Under the pieces are notes generated by a model. The model saw only the letters and a program-made list of their open reading frames with translations, did not search any database and had not been told where the DNA came from. A stretch of DNA of 64,000 nucleotides from Macrostomum lignano (Eukaryota), in the NCBI GenBank assembly GCA_002269645.1, contig NIVC01001698.1:184635-248634 (forward strand). The letters are read 5' to 3'. The position numbers and the translations under genes are program-made. Positions within the stretch are counted from its first letter, which is position 1; each line of letters starts with the position of its first letter. Below, one piece after another: positions 36,329 through 47,922 of this stretch.

Positions 36329-36672
36329 ACAAAGGGCCTGTCAACTTAAGCTCATAAAGTGGAGCCCGAGTAACCTATATACACAAATGATACGTCATTC
36401 TGCTCACCGTGACACCAAGAAGCAGGGTTTGGCAAAAAAGCGACGAATATTGGACTTGTAAATAATTAAGGGACTATTATACGTCAACTTAAGCTCATAA
36501 ATCAGAGTCCCTGTAATTATCCCCTTGCTTGTTCTCCCCTATCCCAAGTCCAATTTTAGTCACTGCCAAACCCTGCTTCCTGGTGTTCACTGTACGTGAG
36601 CAGAATGACGGATCATTTGTGTACATGGGTTACTCGGGCTCCATGAGCTTAAGTTGACATGCAGGCCTTTTG
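36329..36672. mobile_element. Fold-back/MITE-like element with ~100-bp inverted arms
   Basis: 36333-36433 is the reverse complement of 36563-36667 (TCAACTTAAGCTCAT..GGAGCCCGAGTAACC..ACACAAATGAT..GAAGCAGGGTTTGGCA). Confidence 0.7.
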
Positions 36673-37019
36673 TTGAAGGGGGCGGATTCTGGAGGGTAAA
36701 GCTTTAATTTTTTTGCCTTTGACTTTTTTTCAGGTCCCGCCTGATAATTTCAATAATTCAAGTCTTCAACACCAGAAAATTTTTTTAAGAATTTTTTTAA
36801 AAACTGCATTTAGATTAGTTTTTACCTTAAGTTAGTTTCTTACGGAAATGATGTTTAAAAAGCAAAAAATCAGCAGCCCTGAAAGTAAGCTCTAGTCTAA
36901 AATATCAGCATCCCCTGTGTTTGGCATCGAATTCCTCTACTTACAGTGAGCCATGGCTTAACTCTAACTCTTCCTTTAGCTTGGCCTATCAACAAAAACT
37001 TCTAACAGACCCTTGGTTG

Positions 37020-37870
37020 CATCTCAGCAGCATTGAATCCTCCTTCATGAGCCACAGCATTTCAGCAATCCCCCATGCATGAGCTTTGACGTAGCTCAGC
37101 AATCTCCCCGTAAGCCTCAGCAATTCCCCCATTAGTCTTTTTATGATCTGAACCCTAACCCTAAAACTCTAACCCTGTTAAGAGTCACAGCAACAGCAAT
37201 TCCGCATGAGTCTTGACATCTTAGCAACCCCCCATGAGCCACAGAATTTTAGCTACAGTATTCTCCCGGCCATTTAATAATAAATCATATAATATAAGAT
37301 CTATGGTCTCGACATCTCAGCAATTTCCCTCTCATGAGATCTAACATCCTATAAATTACCTCAATGAGTCTTTTATGGACAGGGCGATTCTTTTATTGCT
37401 GAACCCAGCTTTAACCCAGACGAAAGCCACATGCAGCATTTTAGCAATTCCCTACCACAGATCTTGACATTTCAACGATTCCCTCCATGAGCCTTGACAT
37501 CCTAGCAATTCCTCAAACGAGTCTTATGGTTGAAATGACAATATCAACCATGCTACATTGTCATGCTTTGGCAAGTAAATATACGAGCCGTAAGACGTGG
37601 ACAAAATTATACAGTTTAGGCAATTACGTCTAGCTCATAGACTTGTATTAGTGATATAGATTCCTAAATTTAGAATTCTATTGCATTTTTAGTATACTTG
37701 ACTAGCAATTGCCCCCCCCCGGGAGGACACAAAACTGCACCCCCTAAGCTTGCCATCTCAGTAATTCCCCCAGAAGCCTCGACATTTCAGCCATTTACCC
37801 AGTAAGCCTTCAGATCTCGTCAATTCACCCAGTAAGCCTTGCCATCTCAGCAATTCCCCCACGAGTCTTA
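37020..37870. repeat. Degenerate dispersed copies of the AGCCTTGACATCTCAGCAATTCCCC repeat
   Basis: Several diverged units; same family as 48466-49718. Confidence 0.7.
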
Positions 37871-38502
37871 AAGGCTAACTTCTTTGACCAAAAACAATAC
37901 TTTAAGCTATTCCAGAACTGATCAATTCCAGAAAAAGTACATTTAATTAGTATTGCCATTGGCAGCTCAAGCAATAACTAAAAATTAACTTTTTGTTCAA
38001 ATAAACGTTTTAACTTATAAAAAATCTACGCTATTTCAACCCCATTTGCCTCGCGTAGGCACAGGAAATGTTTTTAAATACGAGTCGTAATCAAAATTGA
38101 CACCTCTGCAAGTCTCAGCAGCTTTGGGGAATAGAGGAATTATTTATAGCATCAGCTCGAGAATTGAAGTTTAGTCTATGGCCATATAAACATATTGAGC
38201 TCTCACTGAGAGAAAAATACTCAAAATTATAGATCTTCTAATGTAAAAATTTGAAATTAGAAAATTAGTTGTGCAGTTTTTAAGGAGATGTGAATCTTCC
38301 ACTCAAAGAAAGTCAGAAAGAAAGTCAGAAAGTGAAAGTGAATTGAAAAAAGACCTTAGACAAATAAAAAATCCATTTTAAGCTGCCCAAAGTTTTTGCA
38401 TGTGTGTTTCATCTAGCTGCTGCGCAAAAATAAGTAGCATATGGCAGACATGGCTAGCAATAAAAAGTACGAGCTATTTTTACTCGTAATTGCCTGTCAC
38501 AG

Positions 38503-38705
<203 letters not shown>

Positions 38706-38928
38706 AGAAAATCGCCTGCTCTGCCATGGCCCAGAAACCGAGTGCGAACTCGCTACACCTGAATACGTCAAGCGTCACAGAGTCACCTGGCGCCCTTATC
38801 TAATCCTTCAATTTAGTAATGCCAGCCAACATGCAGTAGAAGAATGAAATTGCGGAGAACTTTCTGCTGCACGCAAATTTCTGTTCGGAGTCGGGCAAAC
38901 TGGCCTTAACTAAATTGACTCAATTAAA

Positions 38929-40542
38929 ATGAATTTTATTATCAGAGGTGTTCTGGGCCTTGTGCTTTTCTTCGTTTTGTTTAATGTGGCCCGGAATCTG
39001 TTCTACGACCTGTACGCCAGCAACTGGCACAGGGCCAGCCGAGAGAACACGGCTGGCAAGCGGGTGCTCATCACCGGCTCGAGTCGAGGCATCGGAGAGG
39101 CCCTGGCGCATGTCTACGCGGAGCTTGGCGCTCACGTGACTGTCCACGCGAGGCGGTTGGACTCGCTTGAGAAGGTGTGCGAAAACCTGCATGCATCCAG
39201 AGAGCCAAGAGGTCTCTGCAGCAGCATGATGAATACAGAATAGGGAAGCCAGTGCTTCGATAGGAAGATGACGTTCATGCTAGCCTACTCAAAAAAATTC
39301 TCTTGCTCGCAGATTCGAGCCGAGTGCCGCCGACTCGGCGCTGCCAGTGTGCACGCAGTCGCCGGCGATATGTCCTCGCCGGGCAGGGCCGCTCAGGTGG
39401 TGGCTGACGCGGCAGCTGCGATGGGTGGCGGCCTGGACATCGTGGTGGTGAACCACATCAGCCCGTCAGAGCTGACAACGTTGTCGCGGGCGATGCCCGA
39501 CTCTGCTCAGAAGCAGCTGGCCGCCATGCAGACGAACTACTTCAGCTACGTGGAGGCCGCCCGGGCCGCCCTGCCGCACCTGGAGAAGTCGGCCGGCAGC
39601 CTCGTGCTGATCTCCTCGGCCGCCGCCCGCCTGCCCATCCCCTACTGCTACGAGTACTGCGCCTCCAAGCGCGCTCTGGAGGGCTTCTTCTCGACGCTGC
39701 GCCAGGAGCTGGCGCTGAACGGGTCCGCCGTGCACGCCGGCCTGGCTGTCCTGGGCCTGATTGGCACAGATAGCGCCAGGCAGACTGTGCCGTGAGCAGA
39801 GTTTTACGTTACTCGTAGAAATTAAGTTAGCGTTATGTTAGACAGCATATGCATGATTGCTATCGGGGACTGACTGAGTAAAGACGGGATGAGCACGAAA
39901 GCAAAATTTCACCGATGCCGAAAAATCCTTCAAAGCCCGTCACAAGACTGACAACTTTTGTCACGTCTTTGAAAGGCTTGTGAAGTAAACTCCCAATGAC
40001 ATTGTCCTGCGAAACAATATGCTTTGACGTAGCCCTTCAGTTTAGGCAGGTGTAGGCAGGTGACTGTACGAGAAGGTGACTTAGTAGGCAGGTGACTAAG
40101 AAGGCAATAAGGCAGGTTACTTAGAAGGCAGTAAGGCAGGTGACTTAGAAGGCAGTAGGCAGGGGACTAAGAAGGCAATAGGCAGGTTACTTAGAAGGCA
40201 GTGAGGCAGGTGACTTAGAAGGCAGTAAGGCAGGTGACTTAGAAGGCATAAGACGAGTGCGAGGTTCCTGGCTAAGAGAAGCTTCTACATGTATAAAAAG
40301 ATGAAAACAGCGCTCCGGTTTCCCCCAATATTCCACATGACCTGGACTGCAGCAAGTACAGCAAGGGCTCCAACTTAGACTTTGCGTCTCCGGCGGCCAC
40401 GGCGCTGGACGTCACCGCCATCCCAGTCGGCCGGCTGCGCGAGCTGGCGAGTCCCTGGAAGATGCGAGTGCCTCTGCTGCTGGGCGGCTGGGCGCCGGAG
40501 CACATTGAGCGGCACCTGCAGGCTCTCACTAGGATCCTCTGA
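38929..40542 (+). CDS. Short-chain dehydrogenase/reductase, 11-beta-HSD1-like, 304 aa, 3 exons
   Basis: Exons 38929-39174, 39313-39791, 40353-40542 (915 nt). N-terminal membrane anchor, TGSSRGIG, VVVNHI, catalytic YCASK, VLGLIGTDSA. Confidence 0.88.
40040..40250. repeat. ~24-bp tandem repeat AGGCAGGTGACTTAGAAGGCAGTA, SDR intron 2
   Basis: About 8 degenerate copies. Confidence 0.9.
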
Positions 40543-40917
40543 GGCAGAGGTGCAATTTTCTAATGCCGTTGATGAAGCAGAGGAGACAGGAACACAAGAA
40601 CATGCTGTTCAAGTTTGAAATAAAATTTTACTGTCAGATTTCATTATTGATTTTTGCTTCATGTACAACTAGGCTATAAATGCTACACGCATATCATTGT
40701 CACTTAAGAACTGCTTCCCTCTATTGGCAGTAATGCCCCTTTCTCGATTGCCATAGCGAAGAGATCAAGGAAGCTATACAAGCTAAAATTTTAACCCGTA
40801 TCAAATTTCAAACGAGAACAAGATCCCAAAAACGTGGAGTTGCTGGACTTACAAATTCATGGAAACAATAGCGGCAATAGCCGATTTGAGTCGATTTGAA
40901 CTGAGCTTCATTCACTT

Positions 40918-41215
40918 AATTAATAATAATACTAACTGATTACACCTGCCCCAATTGGGCCAGATGTGCAACCGACAGCTCAGCCGCAGCCATTGCTGCG
41001 GGCTGCGAATCTGATGGCTGCGAACGGCTGTTCAGTCCGAGGACTGGGGGGTCGCCACACACACCCTCAATTACCCAATGCTGGCACCCATTTTACAGCT
41101 GGGTGAACTGTGAAACAATGCAGAGTTAAGTGTCTTGCTCAAGGACACAAATTGTTCCAGTGGTATCGGGAATCGAACCTCCGACCTTCAAGTCATGAGT
41201 CCGACGCTCTAACCT
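40918..41215 (-). mobile_element. tRNA-derived CORE-SINE
   Basis: Minus strand: B box GGTTCGATTCC, CORE-like GTGTCCTTGAGCAAGACACTTAACTCTGC..CTGTAAAATGGG, (ATT)n tail. Confidence 0.85.
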
Positions 41216-42133
41216 CCAATCTACAACCCCTACAGTTAAGCAAAAGTTTATAAATAGTAAAATAAAAATATTCAAGCACTAAGGCTGATGATCTGAACTC
41301 TGATCAAGAATTTCTATTTGCAACTTTGGAGCCATCTTAGGTTAAAAAATATCGCAAATTATCGCAAATTTTCGCATCGATGATGGTAACTTTAGGCTAA
41401 CTTCATTTTTTAGCTAAAATGCAGAATTAATGCGCATTTTCATCCAGATTCAGTTCACTTTAGCTAAAAGGTCGCCTGAATGACGTCAGCTTCATCGAAA
41501 GCATTGTCGATCAGCAGCTTCGAAGCGGCTGCCTATGGACACTTAGCTCTTGTGCTACGAATCGAGGATCAAGGTTTGAAGCAGCAATGCATGCTGCAGT
41601 AAGACTACCGGTACGCAAGCTGCTGCAAAAGGTGGCTACCTAAGGTTACAGCAGCTCAAGAACCCACCTTTGCAGTAAGACGGCCTGCATGGTAGCTGTG
41701 AGTTGCAAACTTGGCTTGATGCAGCAATTCATCCAGCTCATGGAGATTTGGGCTTGAGGCATGAGCACCTGAACTGACGGGGAGGCTGCATCAGACACTG
41801 ACAGCTTTTCTCTTCAAGAGTCATTGCTACGAGGAAGCAAGAATGAAAGCCAAAGCTGGAGATTTGAACTTCGCGGACATCTTTGTTCATTTTATATGAG
41901 CTGCAAATGAAGTGGCCAAGAGTTGGATCAGAAATGGTACCACCAAAATTTCTGCCCACCGAAGTGCTTGAAGAGTAGTAAGACTGCGTGCTGCTAGGAG
42001 GCCGCGTGAGCTGCACCAAACAGCGATGATCTCAATGGATCTCATATAGCGGCCGTGGCAAACCAGTCCAGCTCCGGACGTGACAGTTTGTTCGGTCCTC
42101 TGTGCGCCTGGACCTTCTGTGCAGCAGCGCGCT

Positions 42134-42750
42134 GAGCCCTGGTCCCGTCATCCAGACAGAGCTCAGATCGCAGCACCGAGCCCTGGTCCCGTCATCCAGA
42201 CAGAGCTCAGATCGCAGCACCGAGCCCTGGTCCCGTCATCCAGGCAGAGCTCAGATCGCAGCACCGAGCCCTGGTCCCGTCATCCAGACAGAGCTCAGAT
42301 CGCAGCACCGAGCCCTGGTCCCGTCATCCAGGCAGAGCTCAGATCGCAGCACCGAGCCCTGGTCCCGTCATCCAGGCAGAGCTCAGATCGCAGCACCGAG
42401 CCCTGGTCCCGTCATCCAGGCAGAGCTCAGATCGCAGCACCGAGCCCTGGTCCCGTCATCCAGGCAGAGCTCAGATCGCAGCACCGAGCCCTGGTCCCGT
42501 CATCCAGACAGAGCTCAGATCGCAGCACCGAGCCCTGGTCCCGTCATCCAGACAGAGCTCAGATCGCAGCACCGAGCCCTGGTCCCGTCATCCAGACAGA
42601 GCTCAGATCGCAGCACCGAGCCCTGGTCCCGTCATCCAGACAGAGCTCAGATCGCAGCACCGAGCCCTGGTCCCGTCATCCAGACAGAGCTCAGATCGCA
42701 GCACCGAGCCCTGGTCCCGTCATCCAGACACAGCTCAGATCGCAGCACCG
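42134..42750. repeat. 44-bp minisatellite GAGCCCTGGTCCCGTCATCCAG(A/G)CAGAGCTCAGATCGCAGCACC, 14 copies
   Basis: Near-perfect period 44, no spacers. Confidence 0.97.
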
Positions 42751-43194
42751 AGTACACCGCGGCCAAAGCTATTGTAAAACCACTTGATACAGAAATTCTA
42801 CATTTGCTCAATTCTGTTCATTTTAATTCACACACGCTCAAAACAGCGCATACGCAAGACAGGTTTGTTAATCCAGTTAGGAAAGTGCAGCCACTCGCTG
42901 AAAAAAGAATTTTTAATTTTTTATCATAGCCCACGACACCAAAAACACCATCTTCGCAGCTATGAAGTCCCGAGCACGCGAGTATTGCAGCACTGTGGGT
43001 GCTATTCATTGAATTCGCAACCGCGTCCATCGGCGGCCGGCTTCGAGGCGGCTAACTGGATTTGGGTTGCTCGCGGCAGACTGGCCCATAAGAGTTGCAA
43101 GCTTTAATTATGCATGGCTCACAGAAAGGAGCCATTATGAGCAGGTTTCATCAACAGAACCGGGAATGATGTGGTCTTCATCATCTTCATCTCT

Positions 43195-43496
43195 AATAAT
43201 AATAATAATAATAAAATTGATTACACCTGCCCTATTGGGCAGATGTGCAACCGGACAGCTCAGCCGCAGTTATTGCGCGGCAAATCTGAAGGCTGCGAAC
43301 GGCTGTTCAGTCCGAGGACTGGGGTTGCTACACACACCCTTAATTATCCCAGCTAATGCTGGGACCCTGAAGCTGGGTGAACTGAAGCAATGCAGAGTTA
43401 AGTGTCTTGCTCAAGGACACAAATTGTTACAGTGGGATCCCGAGTCGAACCCCCGACCTTCAAGTCGTGAGTCCGACGCTCTGACCACTGGGCCAC
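43195..43496 (-). mobile_element. tRNA-derived CORE-SINE, near full length
   Basis: A box TGGCCCAGTGG, B box GGTTCGACTC, CORE-like segment, (ATT)n tail; homologous to 40918-41215. Confidence 0.88.
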
Positions 43497-43894
43497 AACG
43501 CCAACCACAATCTGCGCTCGAGTCTAAGAACAGATAGCAAAGAAAAAAATGCAAGCCAACAAGCCGAGACCAAAGTTGCTGAAGCATTTTATAAATTTAT
43601 TGATTGCGCCTTTTGCTCTCTCGGTCGGACATCTTTCGCAAAAAGATTTTCAATTAGGCTACACAAAACTGCAAACTGTCGCCAGAAGATGCGAAGATTG
43701 TGGAACGCTGAGCTTCAACAGAGAGACAGACGGAGACAGAGGGAGGAAAGGGTCTATAGCGGACTTCAGTAGCTGTATTGGGGTTCACTCCCAGTGATTG
43801 AGACAGTCTGGCCTACGGGGGATGGCTTGTTTTTAGTGCAAGTTGCCTCGCTATTCCTTTGTCAGAGTGCTTTCTCCTGCCGAAAGTCAATGGC

Positions 43895-44468
43895 TCAGAA
43901 GTGGCCATTCTCCACCGACAGTCGGCAGTCTTGGTACCGCGTCACCATGACGCGCAGCCGCGGCCCTTTGTGCGGATCGCCGAGGGCTCGGCTGAACAGG
44001 GCGTTGAATTCGTCTGCGGGATTCGCGGTGGTTCGAGGAGGAAGTTCTTGGAGCGCGGGGTTCAGCTCTTATGTCAGCTGTGATCGAAGTTGCTGACGAT
44101 CAAAACTGATTGTTCGTTACTTTGAAGGGCAATGAAAGGGGGACAAATGCGATCGGTAAATCGAAAACGCAGCTTTTCTGACGTACACTATGCTGGGGGA
44201 ATCTATATACGCGGACACTGATGTACCAAACATTTATATACGTACACATCGGTATCGGCATCGACGCATTTCTCTTACCGTCAGTCATAGTTCGGCGCAT
44301 AATCTTCTCGGCCAGGTGCTTCATCTGGATAAAAGGATTTCGACCGCAGATTCGCTCAACCTCGGAGTCCTGCGCCAAGGCCCCCTGGAGGCTGCAGCAG
44401 CAGCAGCAGATGACTAGCAGAAGGGCCAGGCCGAGGGCCGACCTCGGCAGACTCTTCAGCTGAGGCAT
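43895..44468 (-). CDS. Small secreted orphan protein, 102 aa, 2 coding exons
   Basis: Exons 44468-44279 (donor GTAAG) and 44013-43895 (acceptor CCCGCAG), phase 1. Signal peptide MPQLKSLPRSALGLALLLVICCCCCSLQGALA, then QDSEVERICGRNPF...YQDCRLSVENGHF. A probable 5'UTR-exon donor (CAG/GTGAG) lies at about 44550. Confidence 0.65.
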
Positions 44469-44658
44469 TTCTCTAAGAGATAAAGAAGGAATGAGGATCA
44501 ACAAGCAGAACAGAAACAAGAAAAAAGATTTTGCAATGGAGTACTCACCTGAGTTTGATTTCGGTAAATTAATGAAAACTGGGGCGAACGAGAAGGCAGA
44601 AGCGCGAGCTGGTCGGCAAAGTCAGCAGCTGGAAGGACTGGGCGGACTCGGGCAGCAT

Positions 44659-44665
44659 TTTATAA
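44659..44665 (-). promoter_or_regulatory. Candidate TATA box for the secreted-protein gene
   Basis: TATAAAA on the minus strand about 110 bp upstream of the putative UTR-exon donor. Confidence 0.3.
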
Positions 44666-46688
44666 GCTCTCTTGAGCCAATCTCAGGCCGTTAGCGCTGA
44701 GCTGCCCTGCTCAGGTCTCCGTGCAGCCTCCCGATCCCCCAGCAGAGCAAATGGGAGAGTTCAGTCCGAGACCACCCGGCAACTCTCCCGCAGTCTGTTG
44801 CTCGCATTATCACCGACACTAAGCCGCGGCTGGCAGTCGTTGCTGGGCTGGCCAGCTTACAGAAACAGCGATAATCCGGTAGGCTGAGGACCGATTGGCA
44901 CGGACCCAACCCTGGGTATCAGTTTCCCCCAAGCTGCTCGAAGTCCACTCATTCGAATTCGAGATCACGCGCGATGTCGCAAGACCTTGTCATTCATGTC
45001 TCAGCCATCAGCTGCAGGCCGAGATCGCGGACTCACGCAGATCGAATGCTGCAGCCTTGGCGGCTCTAGATCCCGAAGCACTTGGGAGCAGCTGAGACTG
45101 AATCAGCCTCTTCAATGCCTTCCTCAGAAACCAAGTCGTGTCTGCGGTTTACATCGCGGATTTTGCAGGCTCCTCACCTGTCATAGCAAGCTAAAAAGTT
45201 GTGAGCACCGGTGCAAGAACTGCTCAAATTCGACTAGTCACTGGCATGGCGCGCCAGGATTTTCTCTCCGGCAGTCGTGACGAATTTTATAATTCTCTGC
45301 CGTACTCAGGCATACAACACGATCGAGCAACTGAGTTGGATGGCTGGCTGCACCTCGATTACGAAAATTGAATTTTGAATTTGCACTTTTTGGCAGTTTG
45401 CTGCGAGTACATAGCACCAAGCCATTTGGCTGCGGTCGCACAGCCGACAAGCAAGCGCTGCTGCGGGCGAACTCGGACCATTTGTTGCATCGGATTAGGG
45501 ATTAGCAAAGCTCGCAGCGGCATTAGGACGACGGTCATTTTGGAGTCCCAAGACAGTCGCACAGGCTGAGTGCCTCGCCTAGCCAGGCACTTTGGCGGCT
45601 TCGGCAAGAAGCCCCGGCCAAGCAGACTCGGAGGCGCCTCGGACAGGCATATTTGGCAGCTTCTTCGGAATTGAAGAGAGCTGGAGCATTCGGGACAGAG
45701 GCACAGAAATAGATGCCCAACCCATTGGCATCAATTAGCTCCGGTTGAGATTAGCCAAGTCGCATTATCTTCCTATGTGACTTGTGGAGCTGGCAAATAC
45801 CTGCCATTTGCTTCGAAAAAGCACGGTCGATCTCAACATTGTAGGGAGTTGACAATGAGATTTCCAGTCAGACTAGGAACCAACGTGAGAAAGAGATGTC
45901 TAATAAAGTAAGTCTAGGTAAACCGGATGTCAAATAAAAGGGACTAAAATCGCCAGACAGGCACAAATTCGTCATACAAGAAGTGCAGCTGTGGATGCAG
46001 ATTCAGGAAGTCAATGAAGTGCAGCAGTGGTGACGCGGAACGGTCGGTTATTAGAGTGGCAGGCCATGTGCAATGGCAAAAGGTTCGGGTGGACGCCGCT
46101 ACAGAACATGTGTATATTGATATATCTTGCAACAAAGTGTTGCGAAACATAATAAATACTAACGATTGTGAATCAAAAGTCGGAATTCACTGTTGCACAT
46201 ATAATTTGAGCTTAGTTTCAGTAGAAAGCATCATCTAAATTGATTATACTGCTATTTTATAGTAGAAAAATGGAAGAATGCAATAATTTTCATTGCGTAA
46301 GAGCTGGTGTTCGAATAAAATGAATGGAGAAGAGAATAGGGCTAGGCCCGAATTCAGGTGACAGGTGACGCAGTCAGTCTATAGATGCAGTCTCATAGTG
46401 CTTGTATAAAAAATCAATGCTTTTGCTTGTAACAAATCTGAACCTTATGAAAGACACAAAATTTGCTAGTGGTTGGCTCACGATAGTACTGTAAATAGTT
46501 ATTGTAGTAGTCTTAGACAAATCGGGAGCTGATTTTAAAGAATGTGCTTTCCAATAGTTTAGCCATACAGACAGAGTACGCAGTGAATTTCTAGTTAGAA
46601 AGTACGAAAAACTCTAAACGGACGCCCAATTGAAAGTAGTGTATAACTAACTAATGGAGTGGCATATCTTTGTGCTTCAGTATCTGCG

Positions 46689-47129
46689 TTAACCACTGAG
46701 TTGCTCAGTCTTGCCCGGCAGCTCCTCGTTGTGGAAGATTCTGTGCTGGAAGGTCACCGAATCCAACTGCTGCCATCGCTGCTTCCGGTGCCGGTGCCAG
46801 GCTAGCAGCAAGCCGCCCAGCAGCAGCAGCAGCGCCAGGCCGGTCAGCAACAGCACAGCAACGGCCACCTCTCGGTGCCAGGCGTCACCGCGGCCGCCAG
46901 CCAGCAGGGCGGAGCCGCGGCTCTCACAACGCTGGCCGACAAACGGCGCCAAGCAGCTGCAGCGGTTGCAGACGGCATTCAAGCCGCTGCCGGTGCACTG
47001 CGCGCAAACGCCGTCATTGAAGCAGTAGCGAATGCACGCCTTGGGCAGGGCCTTGAATGGCGATTGGAGGCAATGCAATTCCGGCTGCACTTCAGCTTTG
47101 CTAGACAGACTCAGGCTCAGGTCGAGATT
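46689..47129 (-). CDS. Single-EGF-domain transmembrane protein (exon; 5' end unresolved)
   Basis: CIRYCFNDGVC...CSCLAPFVGQRCE EGF-like pattern, TM VAVAVLLLTGLALLLLLGGLLLAW, basic stop-transfer HRHRK, tail FQHRIF. In-frame acceptors at 47130 (TAG) and 47085 (CAG); no in-frame ATG upstream of the EGF domain. Confidence 0.7.
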   Translation of the reverse strand, partial: NLDLSLSLSSKAEVQPELHCLQSPFKALPKACIRYCFNDGVCAQCTGSGLNAVCNRCSCLAPFVGQRCESRGSALLAGGRGDAWHREVAVAVLLLTGLALLLLLGGLLLAWHRHRKQRWQQLDSVTFQHRIFHNEELPGKTEQLSG

Positions 47130-47922
47130 CTAGACACCGACGCAAAAGTTCCCGAAGACATTTTCCCGAGTGGAAACACTTCACTGGACATTTACGTATT
47201 GAGGCAGGGGACATCTAAGTCTACTAGGACAAGCTAGCCAAAACTGAATAGTGTATTAGATAAAATAGACCCTGCTAAGCACTGTTAAAACAGCTGAGCC
47301 TTGCAATGCCGTCACCAATTTGCACCTGTGCTAAGGCCAAGTACACTTGCTGCAGTGCACACAGTGCAGTACAGCGCAGCACCGGTCAAAGTTCGAATCC
47401 GCTGGTCTAACGGCGCCACACCCCGCGCAGAGACAAGAAATTTCTAAGCAACGGAATTGAAGTGAAAGATTTCTTATCTGCCTGAGAAACTGCCTGATAA
47501 AAAGAGCAAAATTAAAAAGAACGCCAACACATTAAGCCTACTGCTTAACTCATCAGAATGTATTTAAGAATTCAAATGTGTGCTTTAGAATATAACAAAG
47601 CAACTCGTGGAAAAGTGGCAATTTAAAAAAAAGTTGATGAATCAAAAAACGCATTTATGTAACCAATAAGAATATTAAAAATGAGGGCGAGCAAATCACT
47701 CTTCAAATCTGTTTCAGGCTGTCATTCGTCCGAGAAGATGATGCAATCAGGGTCTAATGGGCTGCAGCAAACATGCGCCAACTTCGCAACAATTAAGGCT
47801 GGGCATCCCCCGCCCGCATGGGCAAACTGTACCGCCTGTCTGCGAACTTAAAAAATTGAAAGAAATGGTTCGGTTCTCACTCAGAATTGGCGTGGGGTCG
47901 CAGCTCGATCAGGCTTTGCTGC

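Noticed and set aside
37150-37177. Telomere-like CCCTAA motifs (also inside the 30-bp array)
   Set aside because: Only 2-3 imperfect units; not an interstitial telomere array.
41500-41680. Ankyrin-like snippets (AAAYGHLALV, AAAKGGYL)
   Set aside because: Short, interrupted by stops, and no supporting exon structure; could be chance or a very old relic.
42134-42750. Possible CRISPR array (also considered for 25094-26150)
   Set aside because: Units are contiguous with no unique spacers, there are no cas genes, and the context is eukaryotic.
43430-43496. tRNA gene (also about 41160-41215 and 9905-9970)
   Set aside because: A/B boxes are present, but they run into a shared SINE body and I cannot fold a full cloverleaf; treated as SINE heads.
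45535-46238. Short Cys-containing ORFs (45720-45535 minus; 46014-46238 plus)
   Set aside because: No recognisable domain spacing, splice support or codon bias.
47345-47430. Hydrophobic segment as signal-peptide exon for the EGF-TM gene
   Set aside because: It has no ATG, and its phase-1 donor does not match the strong phase-0 acceptors; only weak AAG acceptors would fit.
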